A stretch of DNA of 64,000 nucleotides, taken from Somniosus microcephalus. Lineage: Eukaryota. Positions 63,330 through 64,000 of the stretch are shown piece after piece (position 1 is the stretch's first letter; every line of letters begins with the position of its first letter). The stretch lies in assembly GCA_052327205.1 (NCBI GenBank), contig JBMRGM010000043.1, forward strand, positions 31,124,001 through 31,188,000, given 5' to 3'. Below the pieces are notes generated by a model that was given only the letters and a program-made list of their open reading frames with translations, had not been told where the DNA came from and searched no databases. Position numbers and translations under genes: made by a program.

Positions 63330-64000
63330 GTAAGCATGAACTGACACTTGAAAAATATGGTAGATTGTTCATGGTAACATTTGTTCTGCTGGTAACCCAC
63401 TGTCACATCAGTGGAAGTTCAGTGAAAACTTTAGGGAGACGGCCGTTTCACATGACTTGCACCAATATTCCGCCGACATTGCGACGGGACATGGTGGAAA
63501 TCGACCATGGACATTGGAGATCTTCATCTGCAAGCATTCAGCATATTTTGTTAGATTTATAACTTACTGCCTGGACAGGTAGCATCGCATGGGTTGAGCA
63601 TACGAAGGGAAATAGTTTGGGGTCGTTGGCACGGTCCATTTGAACCATGTTGATAGAAAGAAATGCAGGTGGTTCAGTAAAGGATGTGCCTGTTGCCCCA
63701 GCAGACTGAGCTGTCTGCGCTCTTTGCAGATGATGCTAACTGCTCCGACGCCAAGACAAAAAGCTACCCCTTATTCCCTTTTCCTTTTGAATTAATTATT
63801 TCCTCTACTTCTCATTCTTCTTTTTCTGAAGTTAGTGGGTCCCAATCGGCCGGGATTGATAGGAAGGCATCTGGGTGCTAGTCCATATGTGTTAATCTCA
63901 GAAACTGATAATCAGACATAATGAGCAATATCTTGAGTACTCAATTGACATTGGGACCTGTCTCCTCACAACCACTACAAATCAAATTTCCAAGCAAAGA

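Overview
Eukaryotic vertebrate DNA, most likely a shark or other elasmobranch (inferred from HE1-like and SacSINE1/DeuSINE-like SINEs and abundant CR1-type LINEs). The window is part of a + strand tandem array of Fc-receptor-like (FCRL-type) Ig-superfamily receptor genes that I assembled by hand from splice sites. It holds: (i) the last exon of an upstream paralog with an intact ITIM (VTYAIV) and a YENF motif (954-1082); (ii) gene A (6040 to about 24220) with a split leader (31+30 nt), 4 intact Ig exons, 2 dead Ig exons, a TM exon carrying an Arg, and a tail whose tyrosine motifs are destroyed; (iii) two orphan promoter/leader modules (about 30400-39370); (iv) gene B (40252 to beyond the window end) with up to 8 open Ig exons from an internal 3-exon duplication, an uncharged TM and a retained tail tyrosine. 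The best finding is an apparent paired inhibitory/activating receptor system evolving by exon shuffling and birth-and-death. Exon structures are predictions without transcript support, and family assignments come from motif recognition, not database searches.
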